NCBI GenBank assembly: GCA_963745035.1
Contig: CAVUVW010000018.1
Span: forward strand, 1 to 61,860
DNA length: 61,860 bases
Direction: 5' to 3'
DNA from: an uncultured delta proteobacterium
Lineage (GTDB): Bacteria > Desulfobacterota > Binatia > UBA9968
The notes beneath the pieces are model-generated. The model did not search any database and was not told the origin of the DNA. It saw only the letters and a program-made list of their open reading frames with translations. A program made the position numbers and the translations under genes. Shown piece after piece: positions 19,013-29,548 of this stretch. Numbering within the stretch: the stretch's first letter is position 1; the number at the start of each line of letters is the position of its first letter.

Positions 19013-19978
19013 TTACCTTTTCTCGGCCAACACTTCTTTCAAGATTGCGTAGTCCACCACTTGGCCGAGAGGAATCGCAGTCTTCAGCTTGTTCTGTTCG
19101 CGGATGAAATCGATGTCGGCGCGGACGGCTTCATCGGCGGTGGTCCCGTCCCTGGAAAGATTCTTTACGATCTCGCGTAGGGACGCTTCGGCGGTTTTCC
19201 GGTCGAGTTGGAAATCTTCCATGATGAACGGGATGACTTTTTCCTGATTGGCGGGATCTCTGGCGAAGTCCATGCCGCGAAGCGTTGCCCGAACGACGCG
19301 TTTAGCTTGTGCAGGATTCGATTTGATTCGCGCATCGGAAGTGCCCAAGCCGGCCAACACCGTGCGCAAATAATCCGCCACGTTTCCCAGGCTTCGATAG
19401 CCTAGCTCTTCCGCCTTGTAGTTGAATGGGATCGAAAGCAAAGCGGCCGCAGCCGCGCTCCCCTGCAATGCGGCGAAGGCATTTGCCGTGCTGCCAGCGG
19501 CGATAATAGTCAGATCCTGCTCGGGAATCATGCCCGCCGCTTTCGCCATCGCGCGCGCACCGACCGCGTCGGTGGCGGCGATGGCGGTAACCGCAATGGC
19601 TTTGCCTTTGAGGTCTTGGATGCGCTTTATCTCCGGCCGCACCATCATGTGAAATATCGGTTTGTCGAGGGTAAACATCAGCGCCTTTACCGGCAAGCCG
19701 GCCGCGGCCCCGCGAAGAACCGTCCCCGCCGCAGCGATATACTCCATTTCGCCGCTTACGACTGCCGCCAACTGCACGTCAGCTTTACCGACCGGAAGGC
19801 TCACTTCGAGCCCCTCGCTTTTGAATAGACCAAACTTGTCTGCGAGATAGTAGTTCAAGAACGTCAAGCTTTTCGACGGCATGGCGACGCGTACCGGTTC
19901 GGCCGGAGCCGTCCCAGCGTGGAAGAATATCGCGAGAGCCACTACGATCAGGCGTACGAAATTATTTTCATGACTCAT
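19013..19978 (-). CDS. NMT1/SsuA-like ABC substrate-binding protein
   Basis: Signal peptide, GLFKSEGLEV, DLKGKAIAV. Confidence 0.85.
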   Translation of the reverse strand: MSHENNFVRLIVVALAIFFHAGTAPAEPVRVAMPSKSLTFLNYYLADKFGLFKSEGLEVSLPVGKADVQLAAVVSGEMEYIAAAGTVLRGAAAGLPVKALMFTLDKPIFHMMVRPEIKRIQDLKGKAIAVTAIAATDAVGARAMAKAAGMIPEQDLTIIAAGSTANAFAALQGSAAAAALLSIPFNYKAEELGYRSLGNVADYLRTVLAGLGTSDARIKSNPAQAKRVVRATLRGMDFARDPANQEKVIPFIMEDFQLDRKTAEASLREIVKNLSRDGTTADEAVRADIDFIREQNKLKTAIPLGQVVDYAILKEVLAEKR

Positions 19979-20060
19979 AAAGCTCTTCTGAAGAAAGGCC
20001 GATGGGGAACGCCGAACCGTTAAGCTATCGGCAATACGCTCGCGACTGACGAACCCGTTT

Positions 20061-21197
20061 TCAGACTTCGCTTTCCAGAATTTCCAATCCGTCCAGCCGG
20101 TCGATCAAATACAGCAAGCCGTTGTCCGCGCGGAAGATATCGTTGCTTTTGACAGTTTTCTGTCCGCGTCCCGGTTCCGGAACGTAGTAGCCGATCTCGG
20201 TCGGCAAGTACGGATTGCTGATGTCGACGACGCGCAGGCCGCCGCTGAACCAAGTGACGAACATCTTGTTATCGTAAACTTGCTCGGCAGGTTGGTGGGC
20301 GCCGTATTGGTGGCCCGGCTCGATGCTGTGCGCTTCCTCGGTATTGAAGGTAGAGATCGGCACGGGCCGCGTCTCATCGGTGATGTCGACCATCCACATG
20401 AAAGCATAGGGCAGGGGCGCGCGTTTGCCGGCCTCTTCGTCGGAAACGACCATTACGTCGCGGTTCATGAGCTTCCATGGAATCGGCAAGGTCGTATGGA
20501 TCGGCGACGGATAGGTCGGCGACCAGTTGTAGCCGCCGATATATTTGGGCTTCGTCATGTCGGCGATATCGAGGATGACGAAGCCGCCGTGCCAGTAGCT
20601 CGTGTAGAGCCGGTCGCCGCGCCGGATCGGATGATGGCACTGATGCGCGGTGCCTTCCCACGTCGGCGTTTCGCCGCCGGCGATCCACTGGCCGGGCATC
20701 CACCAGCGTCCCACTTCCTCGGGCCGGGTGGGATCCTTCAAATCGAGGATCATCGGAATGCGCCCGACATATCCCTCGATATGTGCCGAGATGTAGGCAT
20801 AACGGCCGTCGAAAGTGAACCGATGTACGCCGCCGTTGGTCTGGAAGAAGGCGATCTCCTTCGGCTTCTCTCGGTTGGAAATGTCGTACACTTTGAGACC
20901 GCTCGGCTGTTTCTCCTTGCTGCGATATCTTTCCAGGTTCACGAGCATGATATCGCCGCTGACGCGCACCTTGTGCGAATGTACGCCCTGGGGAATTTCG
21001 ATCTCAGCGACGACTTTCGGATGCTTCGGGTCTTTGACGTCGACGATGGACGTGCCGTGCGGCGGGTCCATGTGGCCGACATAGGCATAGCCGTTCTCGA
21101 CGACGACCTGCCCGCCGCCCGCGACGTCGGTCCGTCCGATGAGTTTCATATTTTTCCGAACACCGAAGCGAGGCGCGTTGCCGTTCTTGTCGCTCAT
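20061..21197 (-). CDS. LVIVD-repeat beta-propeller protein, His-rich, probably cytoplasmic
   Basis: Repeats SIVDVKDP, VYDISN, ILDLKDP, ILDIAD, MVDITD, VVDISNP; His motifs HSH, GVH, CHH, IHT, GAH. Confidence 0.85.
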   Translation of the reverse strand: MSDKNGNAPRFGVRKNMKLIGRTDVAGGGQVVVENGYAYVGHMDPPHGTSIVDVKDPKHPKVVAEIEIPQGVHSHKVRVSGDIMLVNLERYRSKEKQPSGLKVYDISNREKPKEIAFFQTNGGVHRFTFDGRYAYISAHIEGYVGRIPMILDLKDPTRPEEVGRWWMPGQWIAGGETPTWEGTAHQCHHPIRRGDRLYTSYWHGGFVILDIADMTKPKYIGGYNWSPTYPSPIHTTLPIPWKLMNRDVMVVSDEEAGKRAPLPYAFMWMVDITDETRPVPISTFNTEEAHSIEPGHQYGAHQPAEQVYDNKMFVTWFSGGLRVVDISNPYLPTEIGYYVPEPGRGQKTVKSNDIFRADNGLLYLIDRLDGLEILESEV

Positions 21198-21396
21198 ATT
21201 TCAGTCTCCTCTTTCGCGAAATATGCTCTTCTACCAACCGGAGGGCAAAGTGGTCAACCGGTTTCACATCTTCATCGCTCTGCTGAAAGCGTTTCGTGAT
21301 CTTTCTTCAACTGCGTTTAATGCACGATCCGCCTTTACCAAAAAAATGAATTGATATAGGCTGCGAGCGATGAAAAATCTCCGAGAGCAACTGATC

Positions 21397-23077
21397 ATGG
21401 CAGCAAAGAAATCCAGTCGCCGGAGAAGAATCATCGACCATTCCTGAGCGCGGCTATCCCGATCTGCACGATCACTTGGCGCAACTCGAACGCGAGGGGT
21501 TGCTCATTAGAATCAAAGAGCCGGTGGACAAAGACCAGGAGATGCATCCGCTGGTGCGCTGGCAATTTCGCGGCGGCATCAAAGAGAAGGACCGCAAGGC
21601 ATTTTTGTTCGAACAGCCGGTGGATGCGAAGGGCAAGCGCTACGATATTCCGGTCGCCATCGGTATCCTCGCGGCGAACCGGCGCATCTACGGCATCGGG
21701 CTCGGCACCGATCCGACGAAGGTTAATCAGCTTTGGGCGCAGGCGAAAGCAAATCCGGTCCCGCCAGTGGAGATTCCGTCCGGCGCCGCGCCGGTCCACG
21801 AGATCGTCATTACGGGCGACGAGCTGAAAAAATCGGGCCACGGGCTCGATAGCATTCCGGTGCCGATCTCCACACCGGGTTGGGACAACGCTCCCTACAT
21901 CAGCGCTGCCCACTACATCACCAAGGATCCCGACAACGGCATCCACAACATCGGCACCTACCGGGCGATGATCAAGGCGCAGGATCGGGTCGGCTGTAAT
22001 CCGTCCCTGGAACTGGGGCAGGGGATTTACGTGCACTGGGAAAAATACCGCGCACGCAAAGAACCCATGCCTGCGGCGCTCTGCATCGGCGGCGTGCCGG
22101 CAATTTCCTATGTTGCCGCCCAGAAGCTCGCCTACGACGTCGACGAGTTTGCCGTCGCCGGTGGCCTCGTGAAAGCGCCGATTCGGGTCGTCAAGGCTAA
22201 AACGGTGCCGCTTATGGTGCCTGCGGATGCGGAGATTATCATCGAGGGTTTTGTCTCGACCGAATATCTCGAACCGGAAGCGCCGTTCGGCGAGTCCCAC
22301 GGCCACGTCAATCCGAAAGAATACAATCCGTACATGGAAGTCACCGCGATCACGCGACGCAAGAAGGCGGTTCTCTGCTCGATCATCAGCCAGGTGACGC
22401 CGTCAGAGTCGAGCGTGATCAAGAAGATGGCATATGAGCCGCTTTACCTCGATCATCTGAAAAACGTGCTCGGCATCCACTCCGTCACGCGCGTGATGCT
22501 GCACGAGCCGCTCACGGCGACGCAAAAGCTCACGGTGATTCAGATGCACCAACCGAGCCAGGCTGAAGTGTGGCGCGCTCTGATGGCCGCGGTCACGTTT
22601 CGCCCCTCGATGTCGAAGATCGTCATCGCTGTCGACGATGACATCGATCCGGAGAATCTCGATGCTGTCTTCTGGGCACTCGGCTACCGCTCGCAGCCGC
22701 ACCGCGACGTGCAAATCATCCGCGGCACCGACGTCGGCCATGCGCCGCGCCATGACGCGCGCGGTGGCGCCGACGATTCCTGTCTGCTATGGGATGCGAC
22801 CTTAAAAGAGACTTTTCCGCCGATCTCCTTGCCGAAGCAGGAGTACATGGAGCGCGCGCGCAAACTCTGGGAGCGCCTCGAGCTGCCGAAGCTCGAGCCG
22901 GAATCGCCCTGGTACGGCTATTCGCTCGGCGATTGGAATAGCGAGCTCGATGAGGAAGCCAAGCTCGCGGTAATCGGTGAATTCTGGCAGACCGGTGAAA
23001 AGATTTCCCGCGAGCGAAAACCGGCGGGCGAAGTCGCCGTGAACACGTCGTACTACGGCCGTCAGAAAAAGAAATAA
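21397..23077 (+). CDS. ubiD: UbiD-family decarboxylase (paralogue 2; frameshift in N-terminal tail)
   Basis: YPDLHDHL, NIGTYR, AEIIIEG, EAPFGESHG, VDDDIDP, extended C-terminus PWYGYSLG.W. Confidence 0.88.
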
Positions 23078-23162
23078 ATCCTTGGGGCTAGAGGGCTGCG
23101 ATTCTATAGCCATCTCCGCAGGAAAAAGGGGATCGGGCTCTTATCTTAAAAACTGTCCTACT

Positions 23163-23186
23163 TCCCCCTTTGTACAAAGAGGGGGA
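23163..23186. repeat. Short CCCCCTTT...AAAGAGGGGG hairpin (REP-like or terminator-like)
   Basis: tccccctttgtacaaagaggggga. Confidence 0.45.
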
Positions 23187-23241
23187 TTCGGAATTCATGC
23201 GGACGAAGCAAGGAATAACTCAAATTTTCCAGGAGACATAG

Positions 23242-24156
23242 ATGGACTACAGAGCACTGAAATTCTCCGTGCACGACAACCCGAATAATCCCGGCGAGCC
23301 GTGCATCGGCGTCATTACCTTGAATCGCCCAGAGAAACTCAACGCCGTCGATCCGCTCATGCGCCTTGAGCTCGATGCCTTATGCAGCGAGATCGCGCGC
23401 AATTCCATCGTTAAGGTCGTGATCTTGACCGGTGAGGGGCGGGGCTTTTGCGCCGGCGGCGATTTGAAATCGGAAGGCGACGTGCTCGGCGCCTTCGAAG
23501 GCTCTATGGGCATCACCGGTCCGTACAAGGAAATAGCGGAGTATTTTTTCAACGATCTGCGCCACAAGGTTCTGCAGAGCGCCATGCGCAAGCTGGAAGA
23601 TTTACCGCAAGTGACGATCGCGGCGATTAATGGACCCGCCGTCGGCGTCGGCCTCGAAATGGCAACGCTGTGTGACATGCGCATCGCTTCGGACCGGGCG
23701 CGCTTCGGCGAAGTAGCCGTCCCGGCGGGCTTCGTGCCCGAGAGCGGCGGCGCGCGGAACCTGCCCAAATTGGTTGGGGTCGGGCGCGCTATGCGCTTGA
23801 TCCTCACGGGCGAAATCATCGATGCGAAGGAAGCTCTTAGAATCGGTTTAGTCGAAGAGGTCGTCCCTGCCGCCAAGCTGCTCGACACCGCGTTCGCTCT
23901 GGCCGGCCGCATTGCGGCGAATCCATATCTATCGGTACGTCAGGCAAAGCGGCTGGTGAAAATGTATTGGAATTGGAATCGCACGGAGGAAGGCTATCAG
24001 CAGGAGCTCGATGCCGTGCTCGAAATCACCCGAACAAAAGACTGCCAAGAGGGAATGCGCGCTTTCGTGGACAAGCGTCCGCCGCGCTACAGCTATCCTT
24101 ACGATGGCGGCTGGCCTTTTCCGAAGAAAAGCCCTCCGAAGAAAACCAAGAAGTAG
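23242..24156 (+). CDS. Enoyl-CoA hydratase/isomerase (crotonase) family protein
   Basis: ITLNRPEKLNA, GFCAGGDL, IAAINGPAVGVG, CDMRIAS, EGMRAF.DKR.P. Confidence 0.92.
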   Translation: MDYRALKFSVHDNPNNPGEPCIGVITLNRPEKLNAVDPLMRLELDALCSEIARNSIVKVVILTGEGRGFCAGGDLKSEGDVLGAFEGSMGITGPYKEIAEYFFNDLRHKVLQSAMRKLEDLPQVTIAAINGPAVGVGLEMATLCDMRIASDRARFGEVAVPAGFVPESGGARNLPKLVGVGRAMRLILTGEIIDAKEALRIGLVEEVVPAAKLLDTAFALAGRIAANPYLSVRQAKRLVKMYWNWNRTEEGYQQELDAVLEITRTKDCQEGMRAFVDKRPPRYSYPYDGGWPFPKKSPPKKTKK

Positions 24157-24162
24157 GCCGCG

Positions 24163-25741
24163 ATGGTCGTCAAGAAAAGTCCCGGAAGCGGCTATCGGGT
24201 TGTGCCGGATCGGCTGAACATCGCGCGTGAAGTGCTCGACGACTCGATTGCCCGCGGGTGCGGGCCGCGCGCGGCGCTGGTCGGCGACTTCGGGGTTGTG
24301 ACCTATGAAACTTTGCAGCAGCGAGTCACCAGCGTCGCCGCCGGTTTGATCGATCTCGAAGTGAAACAGGGCGATCTTGTGCTCATCAAGATGAGCAATT
24401 CGCCGGAATTCGCCGTTGCGTTTCTCGCGGCGGTTAAGCTGGGAGTCATTCCCGTTCTGGTGAATTCGTTTCTGACGTCGGCCGAGCTGTCTGTCGTCCT
24501 CGAGCAAACCCGCCCTCAACTTATCTTTACCGAGGCAGCGCGCGGCGGGGCCGTCCGCGAACTGCGTGGCAGAGGTTTCTTCAAGCACGTGGTCTGCGCG
24601 GGAGAAACAAACGCAGAAGAGATTTCATTTTCAGCCCTCGAGGGTCGGCCATCAACCGCTATCGTGGCTGCAGATACCCGTAGCGAGGAGCCTGCTTTCA
24701 TTGTTTACACCTCCGGCACGACCGGCAAACCCAAAGGCATCGTTCACGCGCATCGCTGGATCGTCGCACTAGGCGACTTGAATCACTATCGCCTGCCTCC
24801 GCAGGAAAACGACGTGGTGATGGCGACCGGCGAGTGGAGCTTCATCAGCGCGCTCGGGCATAATCTGCTCTTTCCGCTCCGCAACGGCGTCACGGGCGCA
24901 ATTCTACTGGGCCGCGCCACGCCGGAAAACGTGCTCGCCGCCGTTGAAAAGTACAAAGTCACGGTGCTTCATTGCGTCGCGACGGTTTATCGGCGTCTGC
25001 TCGCGATGCCTGATTTTGAAAAAAATCATAATCTTAGACAGCCTGCGCTGCTCGCACTCCACCGGCGAAGCGTTGCGGGAGGCGACTTACAAAGAATGGA
25101 AAGAGCGGGTCGGCTCCGAGTTGTACGAGCATTACGGGGTTTCCGAATACCAGCTCGTTATCGGCAATGGCGTGAGAGATCCGGTGAAGCCCGGATCCGT
25201 CGGCAAAGTTCTTCCGGGAGTTGGCGCGGCGATTCTCGACGACGATTTGAATCCGGTCCCGACAGATGATCTCGGCCAATTCGCAATCTCGACATCGGAT
25301 CCGGGACTGTTCCTCGGCTACTACAAAGATGAAGAGCGCACCGAGGCGGTGATTCGCGACGGGTGGTATCTCACTGGGGACCTCGCCTATCAGGACAGCG
25401 AAGGGTATTTCTTCATCGCCGGGCGGCGCGACGACTGCTTCAAGAGCCGGGGTATCTTCATCTCACCGACGGAAATCGAAAACGCCTTACAAAAGCACCC
25501 CGCGATCGTCGAGGCCGCAGTGATTGCGGTACCTGACGGCGATATCGGCAATACGATTCACGCCATCGTTGTCTTGAGCGGCGGCTTCACGCCATCGGCT
25601 GAATTTGCCCAATCCATCCGCGAAAGTCTCCGCTCGCAGCTCGCGCCATACAAGATTCCTCACACAATCAGCTTCACCGACAGCCTGCCGAAAAGCACAA
25701 TCGGCAAGATCTTGCGCGCTAATCTTGTCAAGCCGGCATAG
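24163..25741 (+). CDS. Acyl-CoA synthetase, benzoate-CoA ligase-like (frameshift near 25035)
   Basis: YTSGTTGKPKG P-loop, STGEAL, YGVSE, TGD, GRRDD, LPKSTIGKI. Confidence 0.88.
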
Positions 25742-25801
25742 GTACAAAACCCGCTCGATGCGGTCTGCGGGTCCTGCTCAATAATTTTTGAATTCATTTT
25801 A

Positions 25802-25829
25802 TCGACTTTAAAGATGGGTGGTATACAAT
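25802..25829 (+). promoter_or_regulatory. Putative sigma70 promoter for the GAPDH pair
   Basis: TCGACT-N16-TACAAT in an AT-rich spacer. Confidence 0.35.
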
Positions 25830-25877
25830 AGCTCATTACAACGACGGCTTAAATTTGCGCGAGACGGAGGTGGCCAC

Positions 25878-26896
25878 ATGCGTGACGGCAAAATCCGAAT
25901 CGGCATTATGGGCTTGGGGCAGATCGGGCGCCAGCTCTATCATCTTGCCCTCGAAAAGGATGACATCGATATCGTGGCGGTGGCCGATATCGGCAAGCCG
26001 GAAATCATCGAATATCTGCTTGAAGAGCGACGGTTTTGACGAGCCGTCGTGCCAGCTACAAGACAATTACTTAGTCAGCGCGAAGTTCCGCACGCGGATG
26101 CTCCAGCTCGCGCGGCCGGAAGAGGTGCCGTGGGATGTCCTCGACGTCGATTGCGTCGTCGACGCTACGGGGCGATACCGCCAGCGCAGGGACGTGGAAG
26201 GGCATCTGCGCGCCGGCGCTAAACGGGTGATTCTCGCCTCCCTGCCGGCGGAGCCGATCGATCGGATCGTCATCCCGGGGGTGAACGAAGGGCACGCCGC
26301 CGCAGGCGATAGAATGGTCTCCGCTGGGTCGGCGACTACCAATGCGTTCGCTCTGCTGTTGCAGTCCCTTGACCAGAGCTTGGGCGTGGAATGCGCGACT
26401 TTGACCACGGTGCACGCCTATTCGAGTGATCAGTCGCTTCAGGATTACGCCCACCAGGATTTTCGCCGCAGCCGGTCCGCGGCGGAAAACATCATACCCA
26501 ACAGCAATGAATCGGCGCGATGGGTGGAGCAGGTTTTACCGCAATTCTCGAACAAATTGAGCGGCTACGCGCTGAACGTTCCGGTCCAACGCGGATCGTT
26601 GCTCGACGTCAACTGCGTCATGCGGGACGGCAATGTGACTATCGATCAGGTGACCGAAGCCATGCGCGCGGCCGCGGCGCGCTTCCCGAACTTGATTGGC
26701 ATCACAGACGATCCGATCGTTTCTTCTGATGTCATCGGCTGCCGGCAATCCCTGCTGTTCGACACGCGTGCGACTCTCAAGGCAGGAAAGAAAATCGTCA
26801 AAGTCTTGGCGTGGTACGAGAGTCTCGGGTCATGCGTGCCGGGTGCTCGACGTGGTCAGGGACTATGATGGGCTCGGTAATGGAGGCAAGCGATGA
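25878..26896 (+). CDS. GAPDH-like paralogue lacking the catalytic Cys (probable pseudoenzyme; frameshifts near 26020 and 26828)
   Basis: GIMGLGQIGR Rossmann motif, VVDATG, GAKRVI, TVHAY, RSAAENIIP, but SAGSATTNA replaces SNASCTTNC. GGAGG RBS; stop overlaps the gap start (ATGA). Confidence 0.85.
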
Positions 26897-27894
26897 GAGT
26901 TGCCATCAATGGATTTGGCCGGATTGGTCGTTCGGTCTTCCGCATTCTCGACCAGCGCGCGGATGCCGATTTGGTCGCGATCAACGATGTCTTCGACCAC
27001 GATGCGCTACGCTACTTGCTCAACTATGATACCGTGATGGGGCGCTTCGAGGGGACATTGCGGCTCGAAGGCGATGAGCTGGTGACCTCCCATGGTCGCA
27101 CCCGCATGCTCCGAGAGAAGGATCCGCTCAAGCTGCCTTGGCGCGAGCTGAATATCGACGCCGTCATCGAATCGACGGGAATCTTCACCAGCCGCGAGCA
27201 GCTCGCCAAACATTTGGAAGCCGGCGCCAAGCGGGTCATTCTCACCGTGCCGGCAAAAGACGAGATCGATTATACCGTCGTGATCGGGGTCAACGACGAC
27301 GGGCTCAAGCCGGAGCACAGGATGATTTCCAACGCGAGCTGCACGACGAACTGCCTGGCGCCTTTAGCAAAGGTGCTGCACGACTCCTTCGGTATCGTCG
27401 AAGGTGTAATCAACACCGTGCATGCCTACACCAACGACCAGCGCCTGGCGGACGTGCCGCATTCGGATTGGCGGCGCAGCCGCGCGGCGGCGGAAAATAT
27501 CATTCCGACTTCCACCGGCGCGGCGAAGGCGGTAGGCGAGGTTTTGCCCGAGCTGAAGGGGCGCTTGGACGGTATCGCCGCGCGTGTGCCGGTGCCGGAC
27601 GGTTCGGTAGTCGATTTATTTGCTGAATTGGACAAGCGCGTGAGCGCGGAGGATGTTCATGCCGCGATCGATGCCGCAGCCGAATCGAAGAGGATGAAGG
27701 GGATTTTGCAGATGATGAAATCGCCCGTCGTGTCATCGGACGTCATCGGCAATTCCCACTCCTCGATTTTCGATCCCGCCTTTACCAGCGTCGCCGGCGG
27801 CAAATATCTGAAATGCCTCAGCTGGTACGACAACGAGTGGGGATACTCCAATCGAGTGTGCGATTTGCTCGGGCTGATCGCGAAATGGGGCTAG
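26893..27894 (+). CDS. gap: Type I glyceraldehyde-3-phosphate dehydrogenase
   Basis: INGFGRIGR, ESTG, SNASCTTNC, HAYT, STGAAKA, RVP, WYDNEWGY. Confidence 0.97.
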   Translation: MRVAINGFGRIGRSVFRILDQRADADLVAINDVFDHDALRYLLNYDTVMGRFEGTLRLEGDELVTSHGRTRMLREKDPLKLPWRELNIDAVIESTGIFTSREQLAKHLEAGAKRVILTVPAKDEIDYTVVIGVNDDGLKPEHRMISNASCTTNCLAPLAKVLHDSFGIVEGVINTVHAYTNDQRLADVPHSDWRRSRAAAENIIPTSTGAAKAVGEVLPELKGRLDGIAARVPVPDGSVVDLFAELDKRVSAEDVHAAIDAAAESKRMKGILQMMKSPVVSSDVIGNSHSSIFDPAFTSVAGGKYLKCLSWYDNEWGYSNRVCDLLGLIAKWG

Positions 27895-27920
27895 GCGGGT
27901 TGACTGAGGATGTACCGGCC

Positions 27921-29453
27921 TCAATCCTGTCTCGTCACGGATTCCAACTTTCCACGATCGATCTTACCGAGGCCGGTGCGAGGTAGGATCGAAACAAACT
28001 CAACGATCTTCGGCGCTTTATACGGGGCCAGCGACTCCTTGCAAAACTGGATCAAGGCTTCCGCGCTCGAGTTGGCGCCGGGATTCAAGACGACGAACGC
28101 CTTCACGGCTTCGCCCCATTCCTGACTCTTGAAACCGATCACCGCTGCATCCGCGACGGCCGGATGCTTGCGGAGCGTGTCTTCGATTTCTTCAGGGAAG
28201 ACGCTGATGCCGCCGCTTTTGATCATGTTCTTCTTGCGGCCGGAAATGTGCAGGTAGCCCTCGTTGTCGAGGAAACCGACGTCGCCGGTGTGGCACCAGC
28301 CGCCTTGGAGAAATTCTTCCGTCGCCTGCAGGTTTTGGTAATAGCCTTGAATTGCCAGCGGGGTGCGGACACAGACTTCGCCTTCGGTGCCGATGGGAAC
28401 CTCGCGGCCGTTGTCATCCGTGATGCGGACCAGTACGCACCAGATCGGTTTGCCGACGGTGTCGCCGTGAGAATCCCAATCGTCGCCGCTGATGGTTGTG
28501 ATCTGGCCGCAGTCGGTCGAGGCGTATGCTTCCGAGACGTGCTGACATAACCGCATGCGTGTCTCGCGTGCGAGATCCTTCGATAAATGCCCGCCGGTAA
28601 TGCCAAGGTAGCGGAGCGAGGATTTCCGGTATTCATCCAACCGTTCGTGACGCAGTAGTCGCTCGCATAGGATTGGCACGAGCATCGTGTAGGTGATCTT
28701 TTCGCGCTCGATGGTCTCCAAAAATAGAGTGGCGTCGAACTTTTCCTGAATGAAGATCGTCCCGCCGAGATAGAGGATGCTCATGACGGAACCGCGGCCG
28801 GCATTGAAATGGACAGGCAGTGCCATCAAGGCGCGCTCATCCGGATGCATGCCCTTGGTGAGACCGTAGTTCATGCAGCGCAGCGAATAGGTTTCGTGAT
28901 TGATGCTGCACGCCTTTGGAAATCCGGTGGTGCCGGATGTGATCATGAGGAGGAAGACATCGATGCCCTGAACTTCGACGTCGGGATCACTGGGCTCGCT
29001 TTGATTGATTGCGGATTCAAAGAGAGACGCTTCGATAGGCTCAGCGTGCATGGAAGAAGATGAGTCGATCACGAGAAGGGTATTGCTTGGCACGTGATCC
29101 CGGGCGATCTTGCTCAGGGCTTGGGTTTCCTTGCGCGTTTCGAGAAGAAAGGCTTGGGGGGCGAAGAAGCGCATCATCGCTTCGCACTCTTGGGCGCTCC
29201 AGTTGAAATCAAACGGGACGGCGACGGCGCCGATCTTGGCTATGGCGAACAGCGCTTCGAAATGCTCCGCGCGGCTGCCGCAAGAGAGGCCGACAAGATC
29301 GCCCTTGCGGATGCCTTGAGCGAGCAGGTAATTCGCCAGCCGATTGGTGCGTTCGTGCAGTTCGCGATAGGTGAAGGTGCGCTGCGCATCGACGATGGCG
29401 CGCTTGTTGGGAAAGTGTTGCGCGTTGCGCGGCAGTGATTCGCCGATATTCAT
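27921..29453 (-). CDS. Class I adenylate-forming enzyme (acyl-CoA ligase)
   Basis: TSGTTGFPK, YASTD, TGD, GRKK, LPRTGLGKI. Confidence 0.92.
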   Translation of the reverse strand: MNIGESLPRNAQHFPNKRAIVDAQRTFTYRELHERTNRLANYLLAQGIRKGDLVGLSCGSRAEHFEALFAIAKIGAVAVPFDFNWSAQECEAMMRFFAPQAFLLETRKETQALSKIARDHVPSNTLLVIDSSSSMHAEPIEASLFESAINQSEPSDPDVEVQGIDVFLLMITSGTTGFPKACSINHETYSLRCMNYGLTKGMHPDERALMALPVHFNAGRGSVMSILYLGGTIFIQEKFDATLFLETIEREKITYTMLVPILCERLLRHERLDEYRKSSLRYLGITGGHLSKDLARETRMRLCQHVSEAYASTDCGQITTISGDDWDSHGDTVGKPIWCVLVRITDDNGREVPIGTEGEVCVRTPLAIQGYYQNLQATEEFLQGGWCHTGDVGFLDNEGYLHISGRKKNMIKSGGISVFPEEIEDTLRKHPAVADAAVIGFKSQEWGEAVKAFVVLNPGANSSAEALIQFCKESLAPYKAPKIVEFVSILPRTGLGKIDRGKLESVTRQD

Positions 29454-29456
29454 TTT

Positions 29457-29536
29457 AGCAGTGAGTAGTGAGGTGTTAGGAGTGAGGAGAAGAGAAGCAC
29501 GGGCGGACTCCTTACTCCTGACTCTTCACTCCTCTC
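29457..29536. repeat. Inverted array of about 7-nt units (AGTGAGG ... CTCCTTA/CTCCTGA)
   Basis: agcagtgagtagtgaggtgttaggagtgaggag ... ctccttactcctgactcttcactcctc. Confidence 0.7.
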
Positions 29537-29548
29537 GCTATTTTCAAA

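Noticed and set aside
25878-26896. Erythrose-4-phosphate dehydrogenase (epd)
   Set aside because: Epd retains the catalytic SCTTN Cys; this protein has SATTN.
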